DNA of 64,000 nt, taken from assembly GCF_006345805.1 (NCBI RefSeq), contig NC_043003.1, forward strand, positions 31,186,001 through 31,250,000. Direction: 5' to 3'. Position 1 is the first letter of the stretch. Each line of letters opens with the position of its first letter. The position numbers and the translations under genes are program-made. The DNA is from Octopus sinensis (taxonomy: Eukaryota). Positions 39,874 to 52,748 of this stretch are shown piece after piece. A model generated the notes under the pieces. That model did no database searches. It saw only the letters and a program-made list of their open reading frames with translations, and was not told the DNA's origin.

Positions 39874-41404
39874 TATTGGGTTGCCAGATAAATTCGATCA
39901 TTTCTTTTCAATCTTATTTTAATTAACACGAAAAATATTTGTATGGTAATGTCTTACGTCTCTTTCGTAGCTCTGTTCTTCCTCTACAACTTCTGCTTAT
40001 GATTTTTGAAATTTGAATAAATTTTACATCATTTCGGACATGTGACGATGGAGTAACAAGCAGAATAAAATGAACACTTTCGACATCGGCTTTTCTTCGT
40101 TCGAAAACAGCCATAATCACTTATAACATTTGTGCTGTGTACGGAGAAGGCACTACTGTTGAAAGAAAGGTTCAGAAATGGCTTTCATGCTTCAAGGAAG
40201 GGAAATTCGACTTTACATAAATTCCTCCTTCCGACCAACCTGTTCAGTTGAATGATGATCCACTGAGCAAAGTCTTCTTCGAAGTTCCACTCCAATGCAC
40301 AAGTGGTTTAGCCCAATTGACAGAATGCTTTTATGACACTGTCGCCAGTCACTTTCTCTTAATGGATAAAATCTAAAAAATCGGTGTATGGGTGGTACAC
40401 GCTCTGAACAAAAGTGACAAACTCCAGCGCACCTCTTTTGCCACCAGACTTCATGTGAACATAAACAGAGATTTCTTTATAGTATTGTCACCAGTAATGA
40501 AAAATTGTGCCTTTAGGCCAATATAAAGCAGAAGAAAGGATAGGTCCTGAAAAGGAAGTAAAACCTCGAGCTGAACCAGAGCTGAAACCATGCAAGAAAA
40601 TGATCTGTATTTGGTAGAGTTGAAAGGGATAATCCACTACGAAATGTGTGAAAACAACTACATTATTTTATCAAATTTGCCATAAAGGCAGTACATAGAG
40701 TAAGGTGGCTTGCAGGCTGGACACGGACATTAATAAGGTGAATGATAATGATACAAGGATGATAAGGATGGGAGAAGACGAAAAGACCCGCCCGAATTTT
40801 GCTTTTCTAAAACATTGTTCTTTCTTTTAAAAACTACTGAATGAGGTATTAACCCTCTTACAATTTTTACACTTTATGGACTAAAACAATTTAATAGGAG
40901 ATAAACCTATTACATAAATGAGTCCTTAAACTTTCTTGCCTCCTGCAGGCATGGTCAATGCAGAGATTTACGTTCAGCAAATGCAACAGCTCAACGAGGC
41001 ATTTCAGCTAAAACGATCCGATCAGTTTTCGCAACACGACAACGCACGTCCCAAGTCACCAATTTGACCAAAATTCTATTCAAGAATTCGGTTGAGAGGT
41101 CCTGCCGTACACTCCGTAGACTCTTGATATAACACCTTCAGATTATTATTGGTTCCAGTAGTTTGTAAACAATCTGCGATGTGCTTCGTTCAACAACGAT
41201 GTGTAGCTGAAAACGTTACTCGATGAAGCCTTCGAGTTAAGACCCTATGATTCTATCATCAAGACCTGACAAGCAAGTAAAATTTTTGCAAGAAATGGTA
41301 GACAATAAAGAAGAATAAATTATTAATTGATTTGTTAATATTGTTGGTGAATAGTAAAGATTAACATATAAATAAACCGAACGAATTTATCTGACAACCC
41401 GATA
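39874..41404 (+). mobile_element. Full-length dead mariner (DD34D) transposon with 23-bp TIRs and a ~285-bp internal insertion (~40660-40945)
   Basis: TIRs tattgggttgccagataaattcg / cgaatttatctgacaacccgata. Pseudo-ORF from 40048: ME*QAE*NEHFRH, ICAVYGEG, VWVVHAL, IVTSNEK, GIIHYE, VNAEIYVQQM, HDNARP, DITPSDY. Confidence 0.9.
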
Positions 41405-41457
41405 ACATACGATATGAATTTTCATAGGGTTCAATGAAAATATACATTACTTTAAAG

Positions 41458-42230
41458 CAGTGATTCTTAAAGGGTGTGCCCGGGCGTACCAGTGCCCCCG
41501 GAGTCATGCTTAGGTGAGCCCCACGAAATTCTAGGATCTAGGTAGATATTAGTGATGGTAAAAAATGAATTTATAGTACATAATATCCTCACTTCAGCAT
41601 TGAAATGTTCTTTACAGAAGATCATTATTATTATGTTAACATTGGAAAGATATCCAGCAAGGAACAGCTGGTTGCCTAGAAGAAGGTTTTATACACGTTG
41701 TAAACTCGTCAAACGAGTTTTGTACTGGTGAGCAAGCGCGGCTGCTCAAGGCCGCCTGTAGTGTAGCAGTGACAGTAGCTGTAATAGGTTCTGCAAGTGA
41801 TGAATAGTTTTTTCGTGACACATATTCCTGTCACTGGTATATTTATCTACCGATCTAAAACTTTAATACTTTATGGAATTTTAGCCTATTATAGTGTTAC
41901 ATTTGTTAAAAGTAAACGATATATATAAAAGTTTCAGATAAATATACAATAATGCACCCATACAAATGGATAGATTTCTAAAACAGAAAGGTGAATGTGA
42001 TTCCAGAAGTGAACACAGATCTATGTGAGAAATGCAGAGATTCAAATAATAATGAACAATGTGCTGCAACCAGAAATAAATGCACATTAACGAAAAACCT
42101 GAACATGCAGAAAACCAATGAGCGAGCTGATCATTGGAAAGCAACAGCAGGGTTCACAAAAGTAAGACATAAAAAATTGTTAAGGTATCTTATCTGAGTG
42201 GAGATCATCACTTATTCTATCTCTAGTTTC
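41458..42230 (+). mobile_element. Probable hAT (Charlie-like) 5' end with start of a degenerate transposase
   Basis: CAGTGATTCTTAAAGGGTG terminus; MDRFLKQK at 41966; KVRH..YL resembles the Charlie N-terminus. No right end seen. Confidence 0.4.
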
Positions 42231-42675
42231 AGTCACTAGGCTGCAGCCAAGCTGGGATACTGCTTTAAGAAATATTATCAGTTACAAAGATCTAAATACT
42301 TGATTTATTTTCATTGATTTCGGAAAGATGAAAATTAAAATTTATCAGAACTCAAAACATACCTAAATACCACAGGTTATATTCTACCACTCACAAGCTT
42401 CTTTACCAAACACCAACAGAATATAAAACAGTTTAAAATCTTAGCAGTCATTTGCAAGTGTGTATGACTTGTTAGTTTGAACCATGCTTCCACTACTTGT
42501 TTTTAGGTGTCTATGTAACCACGAGGAAGCATAAATAGCTTCTCGTGTCTCCCAACCATCACCCAGTGAAACATCGAGGATATGACAACTGGTGGGAGAC
42601 ACAACTACTCCAATAGCCTCCTTGTATTAATTTTCAAATGGGTAGACTGGAGCAATGTAAAATGATGTGCTTTGC

Positions 42676-42902
42676 TCAGTTGGCAGAAACGTTAACACAC
42701 CGGGCGAAATGCTTAATGGTATTTCGTCTGCAGCTACGTTCTGAGTTCAAATTCCGCCGAGGTCGACTTTGCCTTTCATCCTTTCGGGGTCGATTAAATA
42801 AGTACCAGTTACGCACTGGGGTCGATATAATTGACTTAATCCGCTTGTCTGTCCTTGTTTGTCCCTTCTGTGTTTAGCCCCTTGTGGGTAGTAAAGAAAT
42901 AG
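42676..42902 (+). mobile_element. SINE family A monomer with tail type 1 (..gggtagtaaagaaatag), preceded by a family C fragment (42637-42676, -)
   Basis: Aligns with 22415-22638. Confidence 0.9.
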
Positions 42903-43122
42903 ATAAAATAAGCTACCTGATTCAGGAATGGAGCCGACGACCTTATGATCGTAAGCCTTAAACCCTTACTACTTGGCCTCATGACTTCACACACCAAGAA
43001 TATAATATGCTACTGTTTACTGTATCTAATTTTAGGAATTTGTTAATCTCTAAAATCTATGGATCTACATCTTAGAGTGTATTCCGCAAGGATACTGTAT
43101 AGCTCATATAAGCACAGAAAAC

Positions 43123-43338
43123 TAAGATGGCGAGCTGGCAGAACCGTTAGCATGTCTGGCAAAATGCTTAGCGGAATTTCAAACGTCTTTACGTTCTGAG
43201 TTCAAATTCCGCGAGGTCGACTTTGCCTTTCATCCCTTCGAGATCGATAAAAATACATACTAGTTAAATAATGGAGGTCAATGTAATCGACTTCCCCCTC
43301 CCTCGAAATTGCTGGCCTTGCTTCAAAATTTGAAATCA
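43123..43338 (+). mobile_element. SINE family A monomer with tail type 2
   Basis: Ends ccccctccctcgaaattgctggccttg..aaatttgaaatc. Confidence 0.9.
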
Positions 43339-44436
43339 AGATAGTACAGAAAACTATCTGTTGTATATCTCACCCCGAAACGTTTAATGTAATACAGTAG
43401 AATGGCAAGTGTCAATGCATCTTGGCTGATTACCACAGAAGTTGATGTTTCTTAACTAGTGAACCTTCGTAGTTTACCGACTCAAGTTCTATCTGCGCAG
43501 GAAAATCAAATTCTTTGAAGTGATTCATCGTCATAAGCTTCCTAAAGTTTGCATTGACGTTTAAATTACACAATTGTTATGACTGATGATAGACACAGAG
43601 TGTTATTCTACACAGGTCTCAAAAGTAAATAGATACCTCTATTTACTTTTGAGACACAACTTATTAGTACGATGCTCAAACAGACTAAAACATTAAAAGC
43701 TACACAGTGCCCGGCTACTAAATACTAAATTTAGTGTTCGAGTGCATCAAAAAACATTTTGTTTCAAGAAATAAACCCTTCACTTTTAAGATGCCTGTGC
43801 ATGTTCTTCAAATGATAATCTCCCCCACCACGTGTATCGTCTGTTTATAAAGTAATCACTTCTTGAGTAAGACAGAAATTAGTTTGTACTGTTACAAAGT
43901 TGTACCCCTCCCATAAGTTAACACCGGAAAATCCAAGATGTCTGAGAATGAAAGATATGGGAAGAGAGAACATTGATGCAAGATGCTGACAAACACTGCT
44001 TACAGCATCTAAATTTGTATATTTGAACTTTGTTGCTAGTTATGTAATCTATTCTAAATGTTACTGCGTAATTTTCGATCGTGAATACCAGGGAACAAGC
44101 ATAATCGATGGAGCAGAAATTGGTTATTGCTTATTAATATATCTTTTTGGCAGTGGAAAATATATTCACGAAATGAATTCTTAAAAACGATGAAATTAAT
44201 ATCATTACCATTTTACTATTTCAGTTTCTGGTTCGTTTCCCATGAATGAGTAATAATACACCCATTATACATACATATATACATACATACACACAAATAT
44301 ATATATATGTGTGAGTGTTTGTGTGTGTGCCTGTCTGCATGTGGGTGTGTATACGCATATATGTGTGTATTTATGTATATATCTATATAGATGTATATAT
44401 ATATATATATATAAATGTATGTATGTATATATATAT

Positions 44437-44486
<50 letters not shown>

Positions 44487-44601
44487 CACACATTTATATA
44501 TAATATGTGTGTGTGTTTGGTGCGAATACACGCACGCAGACATACACACACAAACATGCACATAGTTTCACCTTTATTAATCACGAGAGAATTACAATAC
44601 T

Positions 44602-44752
<151 letters not shown>

Positions 44753-45027
44753 TGAGGTACGTATGCATATATATATATGTGTGTGTGTGTTTGTGTGTGC
44801 TTATGTATGTATCAATGCTCGAAATAAGGAGTAGAAGGACAGCTAACAACTGATGAAGGGTCATGTTTTATGTTACTTGTCTTGTTTTCCATTTTTTCTT
44901 TCGTTCTTTGCGTACCTAACCTTATTTTAGTATTTCATGTTGTTTACGTTTTGTGACGTCCTGTACCCATATATGCATACCTATATACATATATATGTAT
45001 GCACATATATTTATGTATATATGCATA

Positions 45028-45113
<86 letters not shown>

Positions 45114-45384
45114 CATACATATACATACATATATACATACATACATGTATACATACTTACACACATGCACAAGTTCTACAAACTATGATTGGTGTTAAAA
45201 CGGCTAGTCAATCATTCGACCGTGGAAATTATATATCTCGACTACTGCTGAGAACTATGATAAACAAATAGTATTAAATAGCAAGTCTAGAAACAAACCA
45301 TTAATGTTTCTACAAAGTGGAGGCACATGCGTTCTAAGGTGCTTGACAAAATATCCTCAAATGTAATAACTTAAATATTTTACT

Positions 45385-45735
45385 TTGTGTGTTTCTTTGC
45401 GTCTGTGTTTGTCTCCCCATACAGGGGTGGGAGTGTTTATGCCCCCGAAACTAAGCGGTTCGGCAAAAGATTGATAGTACAAATTACTTGGCTTAAAAAA
45501 GTGTCTGGGGTCAATTTGTTCGTCTAAAACAACTAAAAGAATATATGTATATGTGTATGCGTGTGTGTTTGTTTGTACTCCACCCCCGGTTTATTGACAG
45601 CCAGTGTTGGTTTGTTTACGTCCCCATAGTTTACGGGTTTCGCAAAAAGTGACCACGCTTAAAAGAAAATTACTGGAATCAATCTGTTCGATTAATTGAC
45701 TAAATCGATGAAAGCAGTGTCAACCAGCATGGTCA
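45385..45735 (+). mobile_element. Two degenerate SINE family B 3'-half fragments
   Basis: ctaagcggttcggcaaaaga..ggggtcaatttgttcg.ctaa; gacagccagtgttgg..caaccagcatggtcaca. Confidence 0.55.
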
Positions 45736-45736
45736 C

Positions 45737-45738
45737 AT

Positions 45739-45835
<97 letters not shown>

Positions 45836-45894
45836 ATATCTATCTATCTATCTTTCTATCTATCTATCTGTCTATCTATCTGTCTATCTGTCTG

Positions 45895-45982
<88 letters not shown>
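45737..45982. repeat. (TATC)n microsatellite
   Basis: Directly visible; abuts the Tx1 5' truncation. Confidence 0.95.
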
Positions 45983-46790
45983 GGGGATTAGTGGAGGGGA
46001 GGTACGACGACGGGCTCGGGGCGAACCTGGACGTCGACGAGGAATACCTGACCCGCCTGTTCGGGACGACTTTCGGGCCAGGGCCAATAGACAACTTCCA
46101 GAGATCCTTGGCAGTGCTACCGAGAAGCGCTACTCGTTCGGGATAAGCTCTACAGACACGGCTCGACAAATACGGGGCCGAGATGCGATCAGAGCGACGA
46201 AACCGTTCTGCACGCACTCGTCCATCAACTTCCGACCTGTGGGCTTATGTCGAACAACTGCTGTCACGTGTGGGACGAGTCGGTTTATCAGCTGAGTCTA
46301 TCGTCAATATTGTCACGCCTCCTTCCTTCAAACGGGAAGGAAGAGCTATTTTCATCATCCTTGTGGCTATGGCGAAAGAATGTATCTGGTGGACGCGTCT
46401 AAAAGGATTGGAGACAAACACTTTTCTCTCTGGTCAATCTCTCATCAACTTCTTCAAGTACCACTTGAAAAAGAAAGTGAAAGTAGAGAGGCAAGTTTTG
46501 TCTAGCGAATGTTTAAAAAAAAGATGGGTGAATGTAGCAAGGATGGCACGTATGAATGACGAAGATACCTTGAGCATAATCCTATGAACCCAGAAATTGA
46601 AAACAGAGGGTTACCCACTTGCAAACAAATGTGGTAACATATAACAATATTGACCAAGGTTACCGTGGTCTTGTTCGTAGGCTTTTCTTCCCACGGATAA
46701 ACCTTATCTGCTTTCCCCTTTACACCGTACATCATGACACTGTGATACACGATTCCTATTGATCTTTTTTTTAAGTACTTAATTCAACTG
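45983..46790 (+). mobile_element. 5'-truncated Tx1/L1-clade retrotransposon: ORF2 C-terminus (zf-RVT-like) plus 3' UTR; followed by (TATC)n to ~46908
   Basis: With frameshifts: FQRSLA/WQCYREALLVRDKLYRHG..GPRCDQSDETVLHALV/DLWAYVEQLL..AMAKECIWWTR..FFKYHLKKKVKVER..KRWVNVARM..SIIL*; GC-rich island. Confidence 0.85.
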
Positions 46791-46814
46791 AATCTATCTA
46801 TCTATCTATCTATC

Positions 46815-46908
<94 letters not shown>

Positions 46909-47319
46909 GCGTATATTTATCTAACATTGTTTCAAGTCGAACTATCTGCATTATTTATTGCAAGATGTAGGAAGTCGCGAAATCAATAATTTCGTTAATA
47001 ACATTCAACCTGAACATTTTCTCTATTGACTTTCGATATTTCACTATATGGTTAATGATCCGTTTTTCTACAAAACAGAAGGAGTTCGTGCCACAGATAG
47101 CAAACCTGATGCACATCATTTACTTGACGTCAAAGCATTTCAACAAAATCTTTGTATATGAGTTTAATGTTTATCAACACGCCTGAGGATACTGTCTACA
47201 ACTATGTAATTTACACACACGTAGACAGTGACAGAGACCTCAGGCACTTTTTATTTTTGTGTATATATATATATATATATATTCATACACACATATTAAT
47301 ACACACATATGTACATATG

Positions 47320-47505
47320 TATGCGAGTGTCGGCTGAAAAGTTCATATGCTGATCAAGATACTCTCATGGGATGTGACTAGCTGAAGTCTATTTTTCAGC
47401 ATAGACCCCCTTGTGGTTCACAGAAACTTCTTCCATCGGTGTTGCAGTGCTTGGATCCCATTGAAGAAGAAGCTTTTATCCTGTTGGCCAAAAAGTTCAT
47501 TACCA
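47320..47505 (-). mobile_element. Mariner 3' end (transposase C-terminus and TIR)
   Basis: The - strand reads FGQQDKSFFFNGIQALQHRWKKF...GVYAEK*; TIR-like tgcgagtgtcggctgaaaagttc. Confidence 0.8.
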
Positions 47506-47552
<47 letters not shown>

Positions 47553-47850
47553 AGATAACTCAAATCACACACCTTCGTCTTGAAAAAAATGAAGGACGCT
47601 TGGTTTAATATAGATCAAGATGCATTAAATCTAGCACACACATAACACATACAAAAATTGGCTTTGGCACTCATTACTGAGACGTTTTAGATTAGAGATA
47701 AGCTCGATCAAGACAGTTCTAGGCGGCTGTCTGTAATAACTGTGGCTCGAGGGAATCGCTATGTCAGTGACTGACCTACTCGAAATTGTTGCTAGAACTT
47801 TCTAAGATCTCATACGGATGTTGTGAAAGAGAGGAAGGATGCATATGATA

Positions 47851-48059
47851 ATGGTTTCAAATTTCGGCATAGGATTAGCAGTATTTGAGGGGAGGGGGAA
47901 TTCCGTTATATCAACCCCACTACTTGGCGGTTATTTATTGTATTGACTCCGTAAAGATGAAAGGCAAAGTAGACCTCAGCGGAATTTGAACTCAGACGGG
48001 CGAAATGACGCTAAGCATTTTGTTCGGCGTGTTAACTTACCCGCCTGCTCGCCGCCTTA
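47851..48059 (-). mobile_element. SINE family A monomer (tail type 2)
   Basis: gatgaaaggcaaagtagacctcagcggaatttgaactcag..ctcgccgcctta. Confidence 0.85.
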
Positions 48060-48404
48060 GGTACACATATGATAGTAACTTCCTAGATGCACCTGCATGC
48101 AAATCAAAACAGCAGTATGCTCACGATTAGAATCACTTCAATCATCAGCTTTCTCGATCAGTCTACTGATCTGGGGTTAAACAACCTCATCATTACTAAC
48201 AGCTGCAGCAACAACAACACCAAGACAACAACAGCAGTAGCAACAGCAGTAACAGCAGTGGTACCACCACTACCAACTATCAACAACAACAGCAACAAAA
48301 GCAACTGCTAAAAAATTTCGGTATACATTACCAAGTTTCTGAAACTAATATTTCTGTAGCAGTTACTGAGATGATAATTGCAATCATCATACGTTACACT
48401 CACA

Positions 48405-48737
48405 GGCGCATAGCTTAGTGGCTAGAGCGTCGAGCTTACGATCGTGAGGTTGTGAGCTCGAATCCCAGACCGGGCTGCGTGTTGTGTCCTTGAGCAAGAC
48501 ACTTTATTTCACGTTGCTCCAGTTCACTCAGCTGTAGAAATGAATTGAGATGTCAGTGGTGCCAAGCTGTATCGGCCTTTGCCTTTCACTTGGATAACAC
48601 TGGTGGCGAGGAGAGGGGAGGCTGGTATGCATGGGAGACTGCTGGTCTTCTATAAACAACCTTGCCCGGATTTGTACCTGGGAGGGTAACTTTCTAGGTG
48701 CAATCCTACGGTCTGTGTCGTGACCGAAGTGGGTCTC
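48405..48737 (+). mobile_element. SINE family C (tRNA-like head, CORE-like CCTTGAGCAAGACACTT), full length
   Basis: A- and B-box-like ggcgcatagcttagtggc / gctcgaatccc; homolog at 60405. Confidence 0.85.
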
Positions 48738-48989
48738 ACACATTCACAGGCTCAACCACCCACAAAATATTTACCCATCTGGAGTATGAATGAAAGAAAA
48801 CACTTTTAGCGAGACGTCTTAATGCTTCCAATTAAAATTATAATGATTCCAAAATTTAAATTATAGCAGCTGGAATAGCTGGTCTCAACAGTTGCACCAC
48901 TGCAAACATATTCCCAATCGTACTGTGTTGCTGAGGTTGTCAAATGTCACCACTTCTTTACGACCTCCACTTCTAGCTGGTGTGGGTGA

Positions 48990-49049
<60 letters not shown>

Positions 49050-49539
49050 TAATTGTCTTGGTGAAGCCTGAGATTAAACAATTCCTAACTGGCTGGATGT
49101 GGCACAAGGAAAATGATAGAATCTGCTAAATCTTTTGACTGGTTTAAGTGGTAGCGAGGAACACTCTTTACGATCGATTGGTTTGTCAAAAATATCAGCC
49201 AAATTTCTATCAAATCACACCCTCACCGTTTAGAAAAACGAAAATGTCCACATTAACCACACTGAATAATAAAGTCCAAATGTGACACAATACATTGAAA
49301 AACATGATGATCATAACAGGTACGGCTTTGACCAAAGTATACTGGGCAAAAAAAAAAAAAACAGCAATACTATCAAAAACACGATCACCACGGACGACAA
49401 CAATAAGAAAAATATGTTATACAATTTATCAATTCAAAGTTCTGCAATATTTGAAGTCGTTCATCTGGTAACATGATTGTCACTGAAGCTGTTTTGTTGT
49501 TGTTATCGTATTGTTCTTGTGGTTATCATTGTTGTTCCT

Positions 49540-49710
49540 TAGCCCTAGGTCAACCCTGATCGAGAAGGTCTATGATCAAAGATAATCCACCGTGACCAAT
49601 CGGCTTTGTTTTACGTTGCAAGAATTCTAGAAACACGTTATCATAGTGTCTTTCTTAAGACTGAAGGTTGAGATTTAACAGAAAGTTACCTGCTATTTAT
49701 AGTAAGTTCA
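49540..49710 (+). repeat. Short dispersed repeat; related pieces near 1075-1110, 38515-38620 (-), 47560-47610 (-) and 49160-49260 (-)
   Basis: Shared gtgtgatttga..gatttggctgctatttctag-like segments. Confidence 0.45.
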
Positions 49711-50214
49711 TCATCGCAATCAAACCTTTTCGTTGACATCCTTTCACCACAAAATATTATTAATATATTTCATTCAAGATATAATCCTGAACAAAAAAAG
49801 AAATGATCTTATCCGGAGAGCTTGGGGCTGTGATCTCATCAAATTAAAATGCTTAATCAATGTCACAAAAAACCTCAGTGTCCTGTTATTATTGTCTTTG
49901 CGATTGTTTTCCTTATGTAGACTCCACTGCAAATCCTACACCAAAATTACGTCTATTTTGTTCTTTGACTGTTTAGTCAGAGAGAAACGGTTGGCAGTTT
50001 TAGTGACTAATTACAGAATTACCGGCTCTGGTAGGAAAGGCGGGAGTTATCCTCAGTTTCGAAACCTGGTCCGAAGACTAGAAAAAGAATAGACTCTGCT
50101 AAAGATACCTAAAGTCCAGGCAGTGATGTTAAATCGGCGGTAGATTTTACAACCTGCGCTTTGTTTATAGATTTAAGTCTACCAACAAAACACAAAACCC
50201 TGGTTACTCCGTCT

Positions 50215-50340
50215 GGCTTTCACATAGTTTCCGTCTGGCGAATTTCCCTCACAAGGAATTAGCGAAGCCAAGGGCTATATTGGAAGATGCTTAACCAAGG
50301 TGACACACCAAGGGGTCGAATTCGGAATGGCGTAGTTGCA
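50215..50340 (-). mobile_element. SINE family B head, degenerate
   Basis: tttccgtct..aatt..ctcacaagg..gaagatgcttaaccaaggtg. Confidence 0.55.
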
Positions 50341-52619
50341 AAGAAAAAAAATTCAACAACACGGATATTCATCCGCCTTACATAAAAATAATTTTCTGAA
50401 ACCGTTTAGCGCGGTTTTCTCTCTGTCTCGCGTTCTCTCTCTTTCTCTCTCTTTATTTGAAAAAAAAAAAAAAAGAAATACACATCTAAATGTATCTAAT
50501 TTCATTGAGTACAGATAAAAAAATAATGCCTCCTAATCCTGTCATTCTGTAAACGACTAAAGCATAATAACGACAGGAAGCGAACCATGAAGAGCCTTTA
50601 TGTGGTTGCGCGACGTACTAAACACAACAGTAAAATTATGTCTTTTAAAATACACCACTTTTAAGATACGCAAAAAGACAGAATTGTCAGAGCTGGTATC
50701 ATAGATAACCTGGCGGATAAACAACAACAACAATAACAATGTCACGCAACGTACCCGGTATACATTGCTTCTATGAATAAAGAGTACAAAAATATTCTCG
50801 ATATGAAGACAATCCAGCTGATAAGCAAATTTTATTCCCCATCGCGTTTTGACCACTCACGCTCGCACTGTTTTATTTCTATGTTTTTTCTCTTGATACT
50901 AAAATGACATCTGTTCCTTTGAAATAACTACTGTAGACCCTCTCAATGCACTCACAATCAACGTAGCCTTCTATACTTCTCTCATCACTCTCACCATGTT
51001 TTTTTTTTAACTTCTGAATTACTCAGTATATGTGAATCTGAGGTCTTTCGCTCGGTTCTCATTCTCCTTATCTGCGCTAATTCGAATGTAGCAAGCTGCA
51101 TGCTCTTCCTATCCATGCTCAACCGACCCATCTGTCTCAGCTTCTCGTCTTTCGCCCAATAACTGAAACTTTCTGAAACGCTGCCTCTGCTTACATTATT
51201 CCCGAAACAGTGAACCGCAGACATTCAATATGAATATCAATTCTCCTATCCCACTTGCCTACATGAGTTTCCAATGTTCATAGCCACTGATGCATCCTCT
51301 AATTAATTTAAAAAAAGAAGGAAAAAAAAAGCAAAGCAAAGTGAATCATTGAGTGCAGTGGAGATTGTCACGTGTCAACAGTGGTTTTGGTAAGGATGAA
51401 TTACTTTAGAGATAAGATACATATATCGTTGATTTTTCGCCCAGTTGACAGTTAATTCAGTCGATCGTTCACTCCGTTTGAGAGCCACTTTGGTCAGTTT
51501 ATCTTTCGGCAAGGTGACCCTTCAAATGGAGTTTGTGTTGATAGATTAAAATGAGGACAAGTCTTTCTGACAAACTCACTGATGTCGCTAGATATACAGC
51601 TACTTCACTCAAGAACCAGACACGTAACAGCTTTATCCACAATAAAATATCGCACACACTTACACACACACGCACACACGCACGCAGATGTTTATACACA
51701 ACATTCACAATTACATATATACGTATACACTCGCAGACATACACACAGACGCTTATACACAACCATTCACACTTACACACATACACATATAATCCCACAT
51801 TCACAAGATGTTCCACCATACACTCGCACATTCACAAACGTTGATTTGAAGGCTACATATACTTGACTCCTTCAAAGATAGCCAATCATTTTATACATAT
51901 AGCAATACATTACCAAGTGAACTTTTAAATTTCCGTTAAATGGGAGGGTCTCGATTCATTTTTCTCTCTTTCTTTCTATGTCTTTCTATCTTCAAATAAT
52001 TGAAATATCATATGTCATCATATCGTCCCTTGACAGAAATCAGTGGAAAGTAAGACGAAGGAGAAAGTTTCGCAGTTTCGTAGTTTTGAAAAGAATCGGT
52101 GAAGTTTGTTCTACCTACTCAGTGAAGGGAATTCTTTTAGACAAAAACAAAGTAAAACGAAAACAAAACAAAAAAATCCCCCCAAAAAACAAAAAAACCC
52201 CACAAAAATCCAACAGTAGACAAGAAATAAAATTAAATACCATTGCTGATTGCATGGCGTAAGAAGTGACATCTAAATCGATATATTAATCAATAATGAA
52301 AGTGCTTGTGTTTATTGAATGAAGAATGCTACTTTCGTCTGACGTGACACAAACATAGTTTGCTAATATTGATTGATTAGATGCTTTGGCTAGACAGAAG
52401 CCGTCGATCGAATTTAAATGAAAGGGAAGAGGTAAATTATAATTGTGTGGCGTTCATGCCTCTTCCCTAGAAAGTAGTGCCATATATTGGCTTGAATTAA
52501 AATAAAAAAAAACACACCGTTCAAAGCTTACATTTATATTCTAGTGTAACTAACAACAACAAAGCAATCACATGATTAAAATTAGGACTAGTAAAACGAA
52601 GCTGGTGCTAGGAGATATG

Positions 52620-52684
52620 ACAACAATGTTGTTGTTGATGATGATGATATAATGATAAGCGTGATGATAATGATGATGATGATG

Positions 52685-52748
<64 letters not shown>
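52620..52748. repeat. (GAT)n grading into (TAA)n
   Basis: Directly visible. Confidence 0.95.

Noticed and set aside
40722-40947. Clean spliceosomal intron in the mariner ORF
   Set aside because: The nearest GT donor lies ~60 nt inside the insert, so splicing would not restore the transposase, which also has many stops.
48405-48480. tRNA-like sequences (also 9811, 22404, 55582, 60405)
   Set aside because: SINE heads: no complete cloverleaf or acceptor stem, and they continue into SINE bodies.
48846-48990. Possible exon SWNSWSQQ.. ending at GTGAGT (also 62875-62960 ending at GTATGT)
   Set aside because: Weak acceptor, no recognisable protein family, and no partner exons.
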